Origin: a bacterium
GTDB taxonomy: Bacteria > Zhuqueibacterota > Zhuqueibacteria > Oceanimicrobiales > Oceanimicrobiaceae
Length of the DNA stretch: 31,275 nucleotides
Assembly (NCBI GenBank): GCA_046757025.1
Contig: JBHHXN010000051.1
Coordinates: 1-31,275 of the forward strand
Reading direction: 5' to 3'
Below the pieces are notes generated by a model that saw only the letters and a list, made by a program, of their open reading frames with translations, was not told where the DNA came from and did not search any database. This document shows positions 1 through 9,979 of this stretch, one piece after another (the first letter of the stretch is position 1; each line of letters opens with the position of its first letter). Position numbers and translations under genes: made by a program.

Positions 1-91
1 TCAGCTTGAACTTATTTGTTCTGGTTGAAATTATCTAAGTGCGAAACGTGAGTAAATAATATATCCCTTTGGTTGAGTAAACCTTGCCCGG

Positions 92-1816
92 TTACTCATG
101 GTTTTTTTGTTTTTTTTCGTTGGCTACAGACGGCAAAATCAGCTCCAGCGTCGTGCCTTTGTGGACTTCGCTCTTCACGGAAATGGAGCCTTTGTGAGCT
201 TCCATCATGAGTTTCACGTAGCTCAATCCCAGCCCAAACCCTTTTACGTCATGCACATTGCCCGTGGGCACCCGGTAATATTTATCGAATATGTGTTTCT
301 GTTCTTCCGGCGGAATCCCCATGCCGTTATCTCGAATGAGCATTTTCAGACTTTGATTTTCGTTGGTTGTGGTAACCCAAATCTCTGGAGTTTTACGCGT
401 ATATTTGCAGGCATTGTCCAGGATATTGTGAATGACGTTGCTCAAATGCAGGGCGTCGGCCTGCACTACGGCATTTTCTGCCTGGAAATTACTGTTTATT
501 TTACCGCCCTTTTTTTCGATTTGTAAAGAATGATTTTCGATGACCTTTGCAAGCAATTCGTGTACATTCAGATGCGTGCAGCTCAATTGAAAATCCCCTT
601 CCTCCAGAATCGCCATTTGTAAGATCTTGTCCACCTGCATTCGCATGCGATTATTTTCATCTTGAATAATGCGGTTGTATTGCTGCAGTCTTTTTTCATC
701 TTTTAAGATCACTGGCTTGCTGAGCGTTTCGTTTGCCAAAGCGATAGTGGAAATGGGGGTCTTGAACTCGTGGGTCATATTATTGATAAAATTTGTCAGC
801 CGGGTGGCAAACTCTTTTTGTTTGAACAGGGTGTCGATAATGTAGATGAAGCAAACCACAATCACCAGAATGAAAACGCATGAAATGACTACCAGCGCGC
901 TGATTTGTTTAAAGACATAAAAGCGTTGCTGGGGAAAATAAAAAGTCAGGGCGTTGTTTTCAACAAATACATCGTTCGGAAACAACGTGCTTTTGAATTG
1001 CGACTCCCGAAGCTGCTCTCGAAATTCGGGTTTGTTGGCCATGATCACCGAGTCCTGATTGGCCGCGACTACAACCCCGTAGGCATACGGCGTTTCGATG
1101 GCGCTTGCGCGCAAAGTCGCCGCCACCAGCGAGTCTAAAACCGACTGTCGAATCCGCTCTTCGATTGGCCGCTTTTTCAAGCCGGACATTTCGCGCACAA
1201 TGCGGTTAACTAGAATTCTTCGCTGCTTGTTTGAATTGAATTTTGGTTTCGAATGGTAAGTTTTGTCTGTTTGAATTTTCATCCAGTAAGAAGTACTGTC
1301 AGTGCTGAAATTCAGTTGCACATCCCCCTGGTTAAATTTCGAAGTGTCGAGCTGCACGATGTGACGACCGGCCGGGCGATATTCGTCCACGATTTTATCG
1401 AGAACCTGTCCCAGCGAATCCACAATGCGGATGCGCACGTGCTGCGGCTGTATCAAAATAAACGTCACTCGGCTGCTATCGAAATCAATCTGCGGCGCCA
1501 TATTTAAATACGGTTTGGACAGGCGGGGCGCTTTTCTGCCTTTCAAACTGTCTTTGGCGTCAAAATGGAAGAGCGAGATGTCCGAGCCGGCAACTTCATC
1601 CACATCCACCGACACGTTCAGGTAGGTGGACACCGCTTCCCGAGTCTCGAGTTTTTGCACGATGTTCTTGAGTGCGGTGTTGACGTTTTGCTTAAAAGCC
1701 TGCTGCTTCTGCTGCATGGCATTGGCCAGTAAATATACCTGTATGCCGATCAGCCCTATCAACGCAATGGTCGTTAACAATATCAGCAACCCGACTTTTC
1801 GTTTATTTAACTTCAT
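92..1816 (-). CDS. Membrane-bound sensor histidine kinase (HisKA + HATPase_c, RprX/PhoR-like)
   Basis: Two TM segments flank an extracytoplasmic domain; H-box NNMTHEFKTPIST, N-box NILDNACKY, G1 DNGMGI, F-box IFDKYYR, G2 GFGLGL. Confidence 0.95.
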   Translation of the reverse strand: MKLNKRKVGLLILLTTIALIGLIGIQVYLLANAMQQKQQAFKQNVNTALKNIVQKLETREAVSTYLNVSVDVDEVAGSDISLFHFDAKDSLKGRKAPRLSKPYLNMAPQIDFDSSRVTFILIQPQHVRIRIVDSLGQVLDKIVDEYRPAGRHIVQLDTSKFNQGDVQLNFSTDSTSYWMKIQTDKTYHSKPKFNSNKQRRILVNRIVREMSGLKKRPIEERIRQSVLDSLVAATLRASAIETPYAYGVVVAANQDSVIMANKPEFREQLRESQFKSTLFPNDVFVENNALTFYFPQQRFYVFKQISALVVISCVFILVIVVCFIYIIDTLFKQKEFATRLTNFINNMTHEFKTPISTIALANETLSKPVILKDEKRLQQYNRIIQDENNRMRMQVDKILQMAILEEGDFQLSCTHLNVHELLAKVIENHSLQIEKKGGKINSNFQAENAVVQADALHLSNVIHNILDNACKYTRKTPEIWVTTTNENQSLKMLIRDNGMGIPPEEQKHIFDKYYRVPTGNVHDVKGFGLGLSYVKLMMEAHKGSISVKSEVHKGTTLELILPSVANEKKQKNHE

Positions 1817-1856
1817 AGATTGAATTTACGAAAATTTATCCCAAAATGCTTTGACT

Positions 1857-1896
1857 TTAACATTTATTAACACTTTCTAACACTCTTTAACTATGT
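1857..1896. promoter_or_regulatory. Four tandem 10-bp repeats (YTAAC core) in the divergent promoter; probable response-regulator binding site
   Basis: TTAACATTTA TTAACACTTT CTAACACTCT TTAACTATGT with exact 10-bp period, between the kinase start (1816) and the hydrolase start (1987). Confidence 0.6.
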
Positions 1897-1986
1897 TAAG
1901 TGCGAACAATTTATTATTTTATTACGTCAAATTTGAGTGAACAATTCAAAAAAAATACTCAAATACATCAAATCAAATTTTTTAAT

Positions 1987-3843
1987 ATGAAAAATGCCAT
2001 GCCTATTCTGTCAAACACACTTGTTTTGATAAATCTTTTATTATTTTTGAATTCTGCACATTCCCAATCCATTGAGAATTTACAAAACAAACTACATGAA
2101 TATATGATCAGAGAAACCAATCTCGGTTATTCCGGCACCTTGCTGGTAGCCAAAGACGGCAAGATCATTTTTTCCCGCGGTTACGGTCTGGCAGACCGCG
2201 CACGCGGCATTCCCGTGACCCCGGAAACCATCTTCACCACTGGCTCCATCACCAAACAATTTACCGCGGCCGCTATTCTCAAACTGGAAATGCAGGGTAA
2301 ACTCCGGGTGCCGGATGCGATTTCAAAATATTTCGACCGGGTGCCGGAAGACAAATCGCAAATCACCCTGCATCATTTGCTGACCCATACAGCGGGATTC
2401 CCGCCGGCGCTGGGATTCGATTTTACGGAAATTTCCCGCGAACAATATGTTGAGTTAGCCATGAATTCGCCCCTTGAGCACACGCCCGGTTCGGAATATG
2501 CTTATTCCAATGTGGGCTACAGTTTACTCGCCGCCATCATCGAGCTGGTTGCCAAACAGTCGTACAACGCCTTTGTGCGGGAAAATTTATTCGAACCCGC
2601 CGGCATGACCCAAACCGGTTATGTGGTGCCAAATTGGAATGCGGACAACATGGCGCACGGCTATCGCGGGGACGAAGATTGGGGCACCTTCCTGGATCAT
2701 CCGCGCACCGAAGACGGACCCTACTGGCACCTGCGCGGAAACGGCGGCATTCTGTCCACAGCCGGCGATATGTACCGCTGGCACATAGCGCTGGAAAGCA
2801 ACCGCATTCTTTCCGATGAATACCGGCAAAAGCTGTACAAACCGTATGTGCGGGAAGGGCAACACGCGTCGTCCTTTTACGGCTACGGCTGGTCGATTGT
2901 TGAGACGCCCCGGGGTACGCGGCTGATCACCCACAACGGTGGCAATCCCTATTTCACCGCCGATTTTCTGCGCTACCTCGACGAAGACGTCGTCATCTAC
3001 ATCACCTCCAGCAGCGCAGAAAGGCGGGCCACGCGCATCAGCCAGCAAATCGCTCGCATGGTGTTTGGTTATGATTACACGCTTCCCCCCTTGAAAATCG
3101 AAACCCTGAATCAAGAACAATTGGCGTCCTCGGAAATTGGGCGACGCGCACTAACATTTTTAAAGCTACTCGGCAGTCAGGATGAGCAGAACAACCGTGA
3201 ATTGATAAACGCTCTCTGTAGTTCCCGGCTCTTAAAAAAATATTCACCAGAAAAACTATTGGCCGCACTTCAGGCCGATCAAGAAGAAATCGGTGCGGTG
3301 AATTTTGGCCAGGCAGTCAAAGCCGATGATCTCACACTGGAATTGACCGTACAGTCAAAACAAAGCGGCGATTGGTGGCAAATTCGTTTGCAGTTTGAAA
3401 AACAGGCGCCGTTTAAAATCGACGGCATTGGCATCGTGGACACGTTGCCGCCACTTGCTGCCGGTCAAACCAGAGAACAAAAGCCAACCATGGATTTTCT
3501 CACCGAGAAGTGGGGGCTACCCGATTCCGAAACCGGCCGTCGCGCGGCCGCCATTTTGAACGCTTTTGAAAGCCCAAATGAAGATGAAATTTTTCAATTC
3601 GTTAAATCAAATTACGCAACGCCGCTGCTAAATCAATCACCCGTGGAAGCGCATGTAAAGCGTTTCAAGACCATACAAAAAAAGCTGGGCAAGTTTGCAC
3701 TGACCGGAGCCACTAAAACCGGAGGCTTTTCCGCTAAACTGAGCGTGCAGTCCACAGAAAACGAAAAAGCCTTTTCCATCCGCTTCACCCTTGAGCCGGG
3801 AGCTCCCTACCGCATTCTGGAGTGGCATTTTGAAGAGCATTAA
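1987..3843 (+). CDS. Secreted serine hydrolase, beta-lactamase class C/peptidase S12 family, with duplicated C-terminal domain
   Basis: SxxK (GSITKQF), LLTHTAG, YSN, HNGG motifs. A signal peptide follows ATG 1987; the GTG 1900 extension is AT-rich promoter sequence. Confidence 0.9.
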   Translation: MKNAMPILSNTLVLINLLLFLNSAHSQSIENLQNKLHEYMIRETNLGYSGTLLVAKDGKIIFSRGYGLADRARGIPVTPETIFTTGSITKQFTAAAILKLEMQGKLRVPDAISKYFDRVPEDKSQITLHHLLTHTAGFPPALGFDFTEISREQYVELAMNSPLEHTPGSEYAYSNVGYSLLAAIIELVAKQSYNAFVRENLFEPAGMTQTGYVVPNWNADNMAHGYRGDEDWGTFLDHPRTEDGPYWHLRGNGGILSTAGDMYRWHIALESNRILSDEYRQKLYKPYVREGQHASSFYGYGWSIVETPRGTRLITHNGGNPYFTADFLRYLDEDVVIYITSSSAERRATRISQQIARMVFGYDYTLPPLKIETLNQEQLASSEIGRRALTFLKLLGSQDEQNNRELINALCSSRLLKKYSPEKLLAALQADQEEIGAVNFGQAVKADDLTLELTVQSKQSGDWWQIRLQFEKQAPFKIDGIGIVDTLPPLAAGQTREQKPTMDFLTEKWGLPDSETGRRAAAILNAFESPNEDEIFQFVKSNYATPLLNQSPVEAHVKRFKTIQKKLGKFALTGATKTGGFSAKLSVQSTENEKAFSIRFTLEPGAPYRILEWHFEEH

Positions 3844-3892
3844 AACAGATTAATTTATCCAAGAGGTCCAAATATTTTTTTGGAGGATTTTT

Positions 3893-4706
3893 ATGCAATT
3901 GATGCGCATTTATTGTTTTCTGACCGCAATCGCGAGCTTTACAGCCCCGTCATCGCAGGCTCAGGTTATGCTTAAACGAACGGCTGAAGGCGGGGAAGGC
4001 GTATTCCATTTGCAGGAGCTGCAAACGTTTCTTACCAGCAAAAACGACACCGTCAGAGTGCTCATGGTTCTGCCAACGGATCTGCGACCCAAAGGTTACG
4101 AAGATATCACCATCAAAGAAAGCGATGCCATCCTCATGCTTAACGCCAAACGCGTCAAAACCGTGAAGCAAGTGGAAGACATTTACAACGGTCTGGAAAC
4201 AGGGGCCACGTTAAAAATGGGCATCCGCCGCAACGGTGAATTTTTTATCGAATCGCTGAAAAAGGTCGATCCAAAAGATCTGCCAAAGGATCGCAAGCTG
4301 AAATTCCAGTTGGACACGTCTGGAGAAGGCGCTGAGCACGCAGGCGGCGCCATAGTGAAGAACCCTGAGAATAAGCGCTGGAGGTCAGGGTCAGGCATCC
4401 ACGGGCTTACATCCCTGGTTGGGCACCGGCTTGGCGCTCGGATTTGAAAAAGACAAAATCGTGATCAAGGAAATCATGCAACACACAAAAAGCTCCCTGG
4501 GAGGAGCGGACCTCCAGGTGGGCGACCAGATCACGCATCTCCAGAATCAAAAATTGTCTTCCCTCGAGCAATTATTTGAAGTTTATGATGAAATCACCAG
4601 CGGCAGCGAAGTAAAACTCAGCTATTTGAGAAGTGGTAAAAAAATGCAAACCACGTTCAAGAAAAAAGCCGCCAGCAGAAGAATGATCATCAAAAGGAAG
4701 GAATAA
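3893..4706 (+). pseudogene. Exported double-PDZ-like protein split by a frameshift near 4358-4418 (or a sequencing error)
   Basis: ORF 3893-4447 has a signal peptide and a PDZ-like segment (IKESDAILMLNAKRV). The overlapping frame is open from 4359 to 4706 and encodes a second PDZ (LQVGDQITHLQNQKL). GGAGG RBS before 3893. Confidence 0.65.
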
Positions 4707-4768
4707 TTTCGTTCAAACAAAGATTGTGACGGAAATCGATTTCATCAAATTAATCTACTAAGACGCAC

Positions 4769-6271
4769 ATGCATTTACCAAAATCGACCTGGGTGTTTAG
4801 CTTCCTTATGCAGTTTAGTTTTATCTGCACCGCCGTTGCCCAAACCGGCGTGCCGTTCAACCAGCGCGACGACCAGTATCGCCTGCTGGGCTTGAAACGC
4901 GCCAAAGAAGCCTACGAGTACGCGCAGGCAGAATACCAGCGCAAACAAGAGCTTTTTGAGAAAAATCTCATTTCCGAACTGGACCTGGCACGGGCTCGAA
5001 ATACCTTTGCCGACGCAGAGGTCAACTATCAGCAGTCCCTGCTGGCGGTCCTGTTCGAAGGTCAATATGTGTCGGTGGTGGAGGCTGTGAAATATCAAAA
5101 AGAAAACGGCCGCAAACACGTTCGCTTGAAATTAGAAAACACCTCCGGCGGCGATGCGGAATTCAAAAAATTGCTCCATATCGACGACGAGCTGTTTCGT
5201 TCCTTGCAGCCCGATATCGTCAACGATGTTTATGTTTCTCTGCTCAACGATGAAAATGCTATCATCAGTCAACCTTATGAATTTAAAATTGAGCAGCTCA
5301 AATATGGCCGGCCTGCTACAATCGACTTCGTACTTCTGCAGGATTTAGATGCGGTAACGGTAAATATCGTTTACGGCAACGGATCGCAGCGTTCACCCAA
5401 AATTTACCTGCAAAAAGACGCCACGGTCAACAAAGTGATGGTGCAGTCGGAACAGTTTTCACAGGAAGTTGAACTGGGGGGTACGGCCACCTTTGATTTG
5501 ACTCTGGAGCTGTTCAGCGGGGTAAACAACACCTTTAAACTGGAAGTCGTGAATCTGCCCTCTGCGATCACGCGCTTTTTTAAAGATCCCGGCAGCGATG
5601 CACGCCTGAGCCAATTTAAATTCACCGAAAGCACCAATACGCGCGAAGCGGCTTTACAGGTTTATCTGCCGGACCGACCCACTGACAACGTGCTCATCGA
5701 CCAGCCCATATCCTTTTATGTTCTGGTCATCCCCAGGGAACGGGCCCAAAATTCAAAGAATCGGAAGAATCGGCCATGGAGCCTGGAAGAAATTAAACGG
5801 TTGGGTGTGGGTTACGTGAAATTGGATTTGGTGCCGCGGGGAATGGGTAAATTACTTGTGCGCGCGCCGCAGTTGTTTCACGCCATCAGGCCGGATGGGA
5901 TGGTTTCCATGTATGTGGACGTGGTGAACGAAGGCTCACGCCGCCTGGACAATGTCGAGATCCAGGTGGATACACCTTTAAACTGGACGAAAACGGTTGA
6001 GCCGGCAATCGTTCCCCGATTGGGTATTTCGGAAGAAAAACGGGTAGTTCTGAATTTCACGCCCCCGGAAAACGCGGCAGTAGGCCGATACGAAGTACGC
6101 ATTCGAACCAGCTCGCTTTCAGAGCTTCAACCCATCAACGCCGAAGACAAAACCGTCACCATCGAAATTCAAGCCAAAACCAATTTGTTGGGCACCGCGT
6201 TGATCGTGTTGCTCATAGTGAGTCTGGTAACCGGGATCGTCGCTTACGGCATTCGACTCTCGCGCAGATAA
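4769..6271 (+). CDS. Exported, C-terminally anchored protein with N-terminal alpha-hairpin and NEW3/NPCBM-associated Ig-like domain; probable ABC accessory subunit
   Basis: Signal peptide; MFP/TolC-like hairpin AQAEYQRKQELFEKNLIS..L..A; VVNEGSRRLDNV...PLNW...FTPPENAAVGRY (NEW3-like); C-terminal TM followed by RLSRR. Confidence 0.75.
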   Translation: MHLPKSTWVFSFLMQFSFICTAVAQTGVPFNQRDDQYRLLGLKRAKEAYEYAQAEYQRKQELFEKNLISELDLARARNTFADAEVNYQQSLLAVLFEGQYVSVVEAVKYQKENGRKHVRLKLENTSGGDAEFKKLLHIDDELFRSLQPDIVNDVYVSLLNDENAIISQPYEFKIEQLKYGRPATIDFVLLQDLDAVTVNIVYGNGSQRSPKIYLQKDATVNKVMVQSEQFSQEVELGGTATFDLTLELFSGVNNTFKLEVVNLPSAITRFFKDPGSDARLSQFKFTESTNTREAALQVYLPDRPTDNVLIDQPISFYVLVIPRERAQNSKNRKNRPWSLEEIKRLGVGYVKLDLVPRGMGKLLVRAPQLFHAIRPDGMVSMYVDVVNEGSRRLDNVEIQVDTPLNWTKTVEPAIVPRLGISEEKRVVLNFTPPENAAVGRYEVRIRTSSLSELQPINAEDKTVTIEIQAKTNLLGTALIVLLIVSLVTGIVAYGIRLSRR

Positions 6272-6389
6272 ACTCTTAATCAAGTGTTCGGGCATGCATG
6301 GGAAAATATTAAATTGTTGATTCTTTTTCTGGTTTTGTTTATGTTTCCAGATTTACCAAAAACAATAACAGGAGAAAAGGAAAACGCCC

Positions 6390-7550
6390 ATGCAGAAAAT
6401 GAAGAGCACGTTCACTGCAATTTTATTTAACGGATTTTTAATTGCGGTTTTTCTAATCAGCGGTGGTTGTACAAAACATATTAAAGTCAATACAGCCAGC
6501 TCAAATGTTTCTTCAGTTAAAAATATTATTTTGTTGATCGGAGACGGTATGGGGCTTCCACAGATCAATCTCGCGCGCATTAAAGTCCACGGCGCGGGCG
6601 GCTCTTTAAATATCGATAAAATGCCTGTAGTCGGATTGCTCAAAACGCATGCGGCTGACAAGCTCATCACCGATTCGGCGGCAGCGGCTACGGCCCTGGC
6701 TTGCGGTGTTAAAACCCGCAATGGGGTCATTTCGCGCACACCGGATGGCAAAAACGCGATGACCATTCTCGAAGCTGCAAGAGACAAAGGCCTGTCAACC
6801 GGCCTGGTTGCGACATCAACCATCACCCACGCCACCCCGGCGGTGTTTGCTGCCCACGTGGAATCCCGCCGCCAGCACGCTGAAATCGCGGTTCAAATGA
6901 TCGCGGCAAAAGTGAATATCCTGCTGGGCGGCGGCAAGGCTTACTTTCTTCCTAAATCCAATCCAGCAAGTAAACGAACAGATGATCGCAATTTGCTCGC
7001 GGAAGCACAGGCAAATGGTTACAAGTTTGTAGAAATACGCGAACAATTAGGATCGGCACAGAGCAAGTATCTTTTAGGTCTCTTTCAAAACAACGCCTTA
7101 ACCACACATCCACCCGAGCCGTCCCTGGCAGAAATGACACACAAGGCTTTGAACCTTTTGAACAGAAATCCGAAAGGATTTTTCTTGATGGTGGAAGGCA
7201 GCCAAATCGACTGGCGCAGCCATGACCAAAACGCTGAAGGCTCCGTCGAACAAATGCTCCTGTTCGACGAAGCCATTAAAGTGGCCAGGAAATTTGCTGA
7301 AAAAAACCAAAACACGCTGGTGCTGATTACCGCCGACCACGAAACCGGCGGGCTGACGCTCACCGGTGGCAGCCTGGATGGCGAAGAATTACAAACGAGC
7401 TGGAGTACCGGCGGCCACACCGCTGTGGATGTGCCCATATTCGCCTTCGGGCCGCACGCTGAATGGTTCACCGGCGTTTACGAAAACACCGAAGTCGCAA
7501 AAAAAATGGCGGCGCTGCTGAACGTTCAGCCATTACCAAAATTAAACTGA
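6390..7550 (+). CDS. phoA: Alkaline phosphatase (PhoA family), possible lipoprotein
   Basis: IGDGMG, TDSAAAATA (catalytic Ser), THATPA, VEGSQIDWRSH, TADHETGG, HTAVDVP; possible lipobox ISGGC. Confidence 0.93.
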   Translation: MQKMKSTFTAILFNGFLIAVFLISGGCTKHIKVNTASSNVSSVKNIILLIGDGMGLPQINLARIKVHGAGGSLNIDKMPVVGLLKTHAADKLITDSAAAATALACGVKTRNGVISRTPDGKNAMTILEAARDKGLSTGLVATSTITHATPAVFAAHVESRRQHAEIAVQMIAAKVNILLGGGKAYFLPKSNPASKRTDDRNLLAEAQANGYKFVEIREQLGSAQSKYLLGLFQNNALTTHPPEPSLAEMTHKALNLLNRNPKGFFLMVEGSQIDWRSHDQNAEGSVEQMLLFDEAIKVARKFAEKNQNTLVLITADHETGGLTLTGGSLDGEELQTSWSTGGHTAVDVPIFAFGPHAEWFTGVYENTEVAKKMAALLNVQPLPKLN

Positions 7551-7608
7551 CAATCGAAAATGAGTAAAATCATTCACTTTTGACAATAAAAACCCATTGA
7601 GGTTTGGC

Positions 7609-8421
7609 ATGCAAAATCAGAATCATCAAAATTTATCGACTACGGTTCGAGAAAGTGAATCGGCAGAGAATCATCGGGCCATGATTGAGGCCCGAAATCT
7701 GAGCAAGCGCTATGAAGACGGCGTGCTGGCGCTGGACGAGGTCTCCTTTTCAGTGGAGGCTGGCCAGGTTTACGCCATGCTGGGGGCAAACGGCGCCGGT
7801 AAAACCACCGCCATCAATATCTTTTTTAATTTTATCGAACCCACAGCGGGCGAGGCCCTGGTGGACGGTATTGTGACGCACAAAGCGCCCCTGGAAGCCA
7901 AAGAAAAACTGGCGTTTGTTTCTGAAAATGTCATGCTGTATCCCAATTTCACCGCGTTGCAAAATCTCGATTTTTTTGCCCGACTGGGCGGTAAAAACGA
8001 CTACAGCAAAGAGGATTACAAAAAGGCGCTTCTGCGAGTGGGACTGCAGGAAGAAGCGCATGACAAAAAACTGAAAGGCTTTTCGAAAGGCATGAGGCAA
8101 AAGTGCGGTATCGCCATTGCAATTCTCAAAGACGCGCCGGCCATCTTGTTGGACGAACCCACCGCCGGACTCGACCCCAAAGCGGGGTTTGAGTTCATCG
8201 GATTGTTGGATTCCCTGCGCTCCGAAGGCAAAGCCATCCTCATGTCCACACACGATATTTTTCGAGCCAAAGAAATTGCCGACGTGGTTGGCATCATGAA
8301 ACAGGGCAAACTGATCATGCAAAAAACCCGCGACCAGCTCGTGCGGGAAAACCTGGAAAGTCTGTACATGGCATACATGGCCGGCCATCAGGCACCGGCT
8401 ACGCGAAACGCGGGAATCTAA
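7609..8421 (+). CDS. ABC transporter ATP-binding protein (ABC-2 exporter type)
   Basis: Walker A GANGAGKT, signature FSKGMRQK, Walker B ILLDEPT, H-loop STH. The start could alternatively be ATG 7681. Confidence 0.95.
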   Translation: MQNQNHQNLSTTVRESESAENHRAMIEARNLSKRYEDGVLALDEVSFSVEAGQVYAMLGANGAGKTTAINIFFNFIEPTAGEALVDGIVTHKAPLEAKEKLAFVSENVMLYPNFTALQNLDFFARLGGKNDYSKEDYKKALLRVGLQEEAHDKKLKGFSKGMRQKCGIAIAILKDAPAILLDEPTAGLDPKAGFEFIGLLDSLRSEGKAILMSTHDIFRAKEIADVVGIMKQGKLIMQKTRDQLVRENLESLYMAYMAGHQAPATRNAGI

Positions 8422-8460
8422 ATTTAGCATGCCATCTAATTTTTTGATGGGAATGACTCT

Positions 8461-9876
8461 ATGATAAAACTGATCATCGAAAAAGAGCTGCGCGAAATCA
8501 TCGGTTCCACAAAATTTGCGGTAACCTTTGGCGTGTGTTCGCTATTGATTTTACTGACTTTTTATGCCAGTGCACAAAATCATCAAGTTAACTTGCAGAA
8601 ATACCGGGCCGCAAAAGCTGAAAATTTCCGGCAGTTACAAGGACTGACCGATTGGCTGCGAGTGAACAACTACCGCATCTTTCTGCCGCCGCAGCCTCTG
8701 GAATCGCTTGTTATCGGCATCTCAAACGACATCGGCCGCACCATTGAAATGGCCGGCCGGGGCGAGCTATCTGCTCACGACAGTCGCTTCAACAACGATC
8801 CGATTTTCGCCCTCTTTCGCTTTCTCGATTTGGACTTCCTCATTCAGATCGTGTTTTCTCTTTTCGCGATCTTGTTTGCTTACGACGCCATCAACGGAGA
8901 AAAGGAACGGGGAACGCTCAGACTCACTTTTGCCAACGCCATGGCCCGCGACAAATATATTCTCGGCAAGCTCATCGGCTCGTTCCTGGCCCTGGTGGCG
9001 CCACTGCTCATTCCCATTCTGTTAGGCATGTTAATCCTACCAATGATGGGGCTGCACCTAACCGGCGAGGAATGGCTTCGGTTGCTGTTCATCGTGCTCA
9101 CAGGACTGCTCTATTTTGGGGTATTTCTCACGCTGTCCATTTTCATCTCAGCCATGACCACGCGCTCTTCCAACTCCTTTTTGTTGCTGCTGGTGATCTG
9201 GATTTTTGCGGTTCTGATCATTCCCCGCACTTCGGTGCTGATCGCCGGACGTGCCGTGGAGGTACCATCGGTGGATGAGTTAGCCTCTCAAAAAAATCGC
9301 TTGCGGTCGCAGCTCTGGAACGAAGATCGAAAAAAAATGGCCACGTTTAAACCCGGCAAAACCAGCGATTTCGAAGCCATGCACCAGGAATTCCAGAAAT
9401 TCATGGAAAAGCTTGCTGAGGAACGAAACAAAAAGATGCTGGAGCTGACCGATCGCTTGAATGAAGATCGTCGCAATCGCCAGATACAACAGGAACGCCT
9501 GGCCTTCAGTCTGGCGAAAATGTCACCGACCTCTGCTTTTTCCCTGGCGACGACCAAGTTGACCGGCGTCTCCATCGAGCTAAAGAACCATTTTTTAAAG
9601 GAAGCTGTGGCTTACCAAAAAGAGTACGGTGAATTCATGAAGGAAAAAACCGGTATGAATCCCGGCGGCGGCATGATCATCATGCATTTAAAGCAGGACG
9701 ATGAGGAAGAAGAAAAGCCCATCGACCCCAAAGAGATGCCCGAGTTTAAGTACCATCAAATACCTTTGACAAACTCATTAAATGCGGCTCTGTTTGACAT
9801 CGGGCTTCTGGGATTTTTCAATGTTTTGTTTTTTGCGGGAGCGTTTGTGAAATTTCTCCGTTATGATGTGCGATAA
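8461..9876 (+). CDS. ABC-2 type transporter permease subunit 1
   Basis: Multiple TM helices, YDAINGEKERGTLRL motif, C-terminal FLRYDVR. Confidence 0.92.
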   Translation: MIKLIIEKELREIIGSTKFAVTFGVCSLLILLTFYASAQNHQVNLQKYRAAKAENFRQLQGLTDWLRVNNYRIFLPPQPLESLVIGISNDIGRTIEMAGRGELSAHDSRFNNDPIFALFRFLDLDFLIQIVFSLFAILFAYDAINGEKERGTLRLTFANAMARDKYILGKLIGSFLALVAPLLIPILLGMLILPMMGLHLTGEEWLRLLFIVLTGLLYFGVFLTLSIFISAMTTRSSNSFLLLLVIWIFAVLIIPRTSVLIAGRAVEVPSVDELASQKNRLRSQLWNEDRKKMATFKPGKTSDFEAMHQEFQKFMEKLAEERNKKMLELTDRLNEDRRNRQIQQERLAFSLAKMSPTSAFSLATTKLTGVSIELKNHFLKEAVAYQKEYGEFMKEKTGMNPGGGMIIMHLKQDDEEEEKPIDPKEMPEFKYHQIPLTNSLNAALFDIGLLGFFNVLFFAGAFVKFLRYDVR

Positions 9877-9882
9877 ATTTAG

Positions 9883-9979
9883 ACCTGAACCAAGCGATTC
9901 ATCATCGGCGTGAACACCCACTCTCTAACAAATCGACCCATCTGTGCGAATATGCCGGCTCAAATCGCTCAATTCAGGT
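9883..9979. mobile_element. Possible 97-bp MITE
   Basis: 17-bp imperfect inverted ends (ACCTGAACCAAGCGATT vs revcomp ACCTGAATTGAGCGATT, 14/17), flanked by TAG on both sides. Confidence 0.4.

Noticed and set aside
1900..1986. GTG-start N-terminal extension of the serine hydrolase
   Set aside because: AT-rich promoter-like sequence; the signal peptide begins at ATG 1987.
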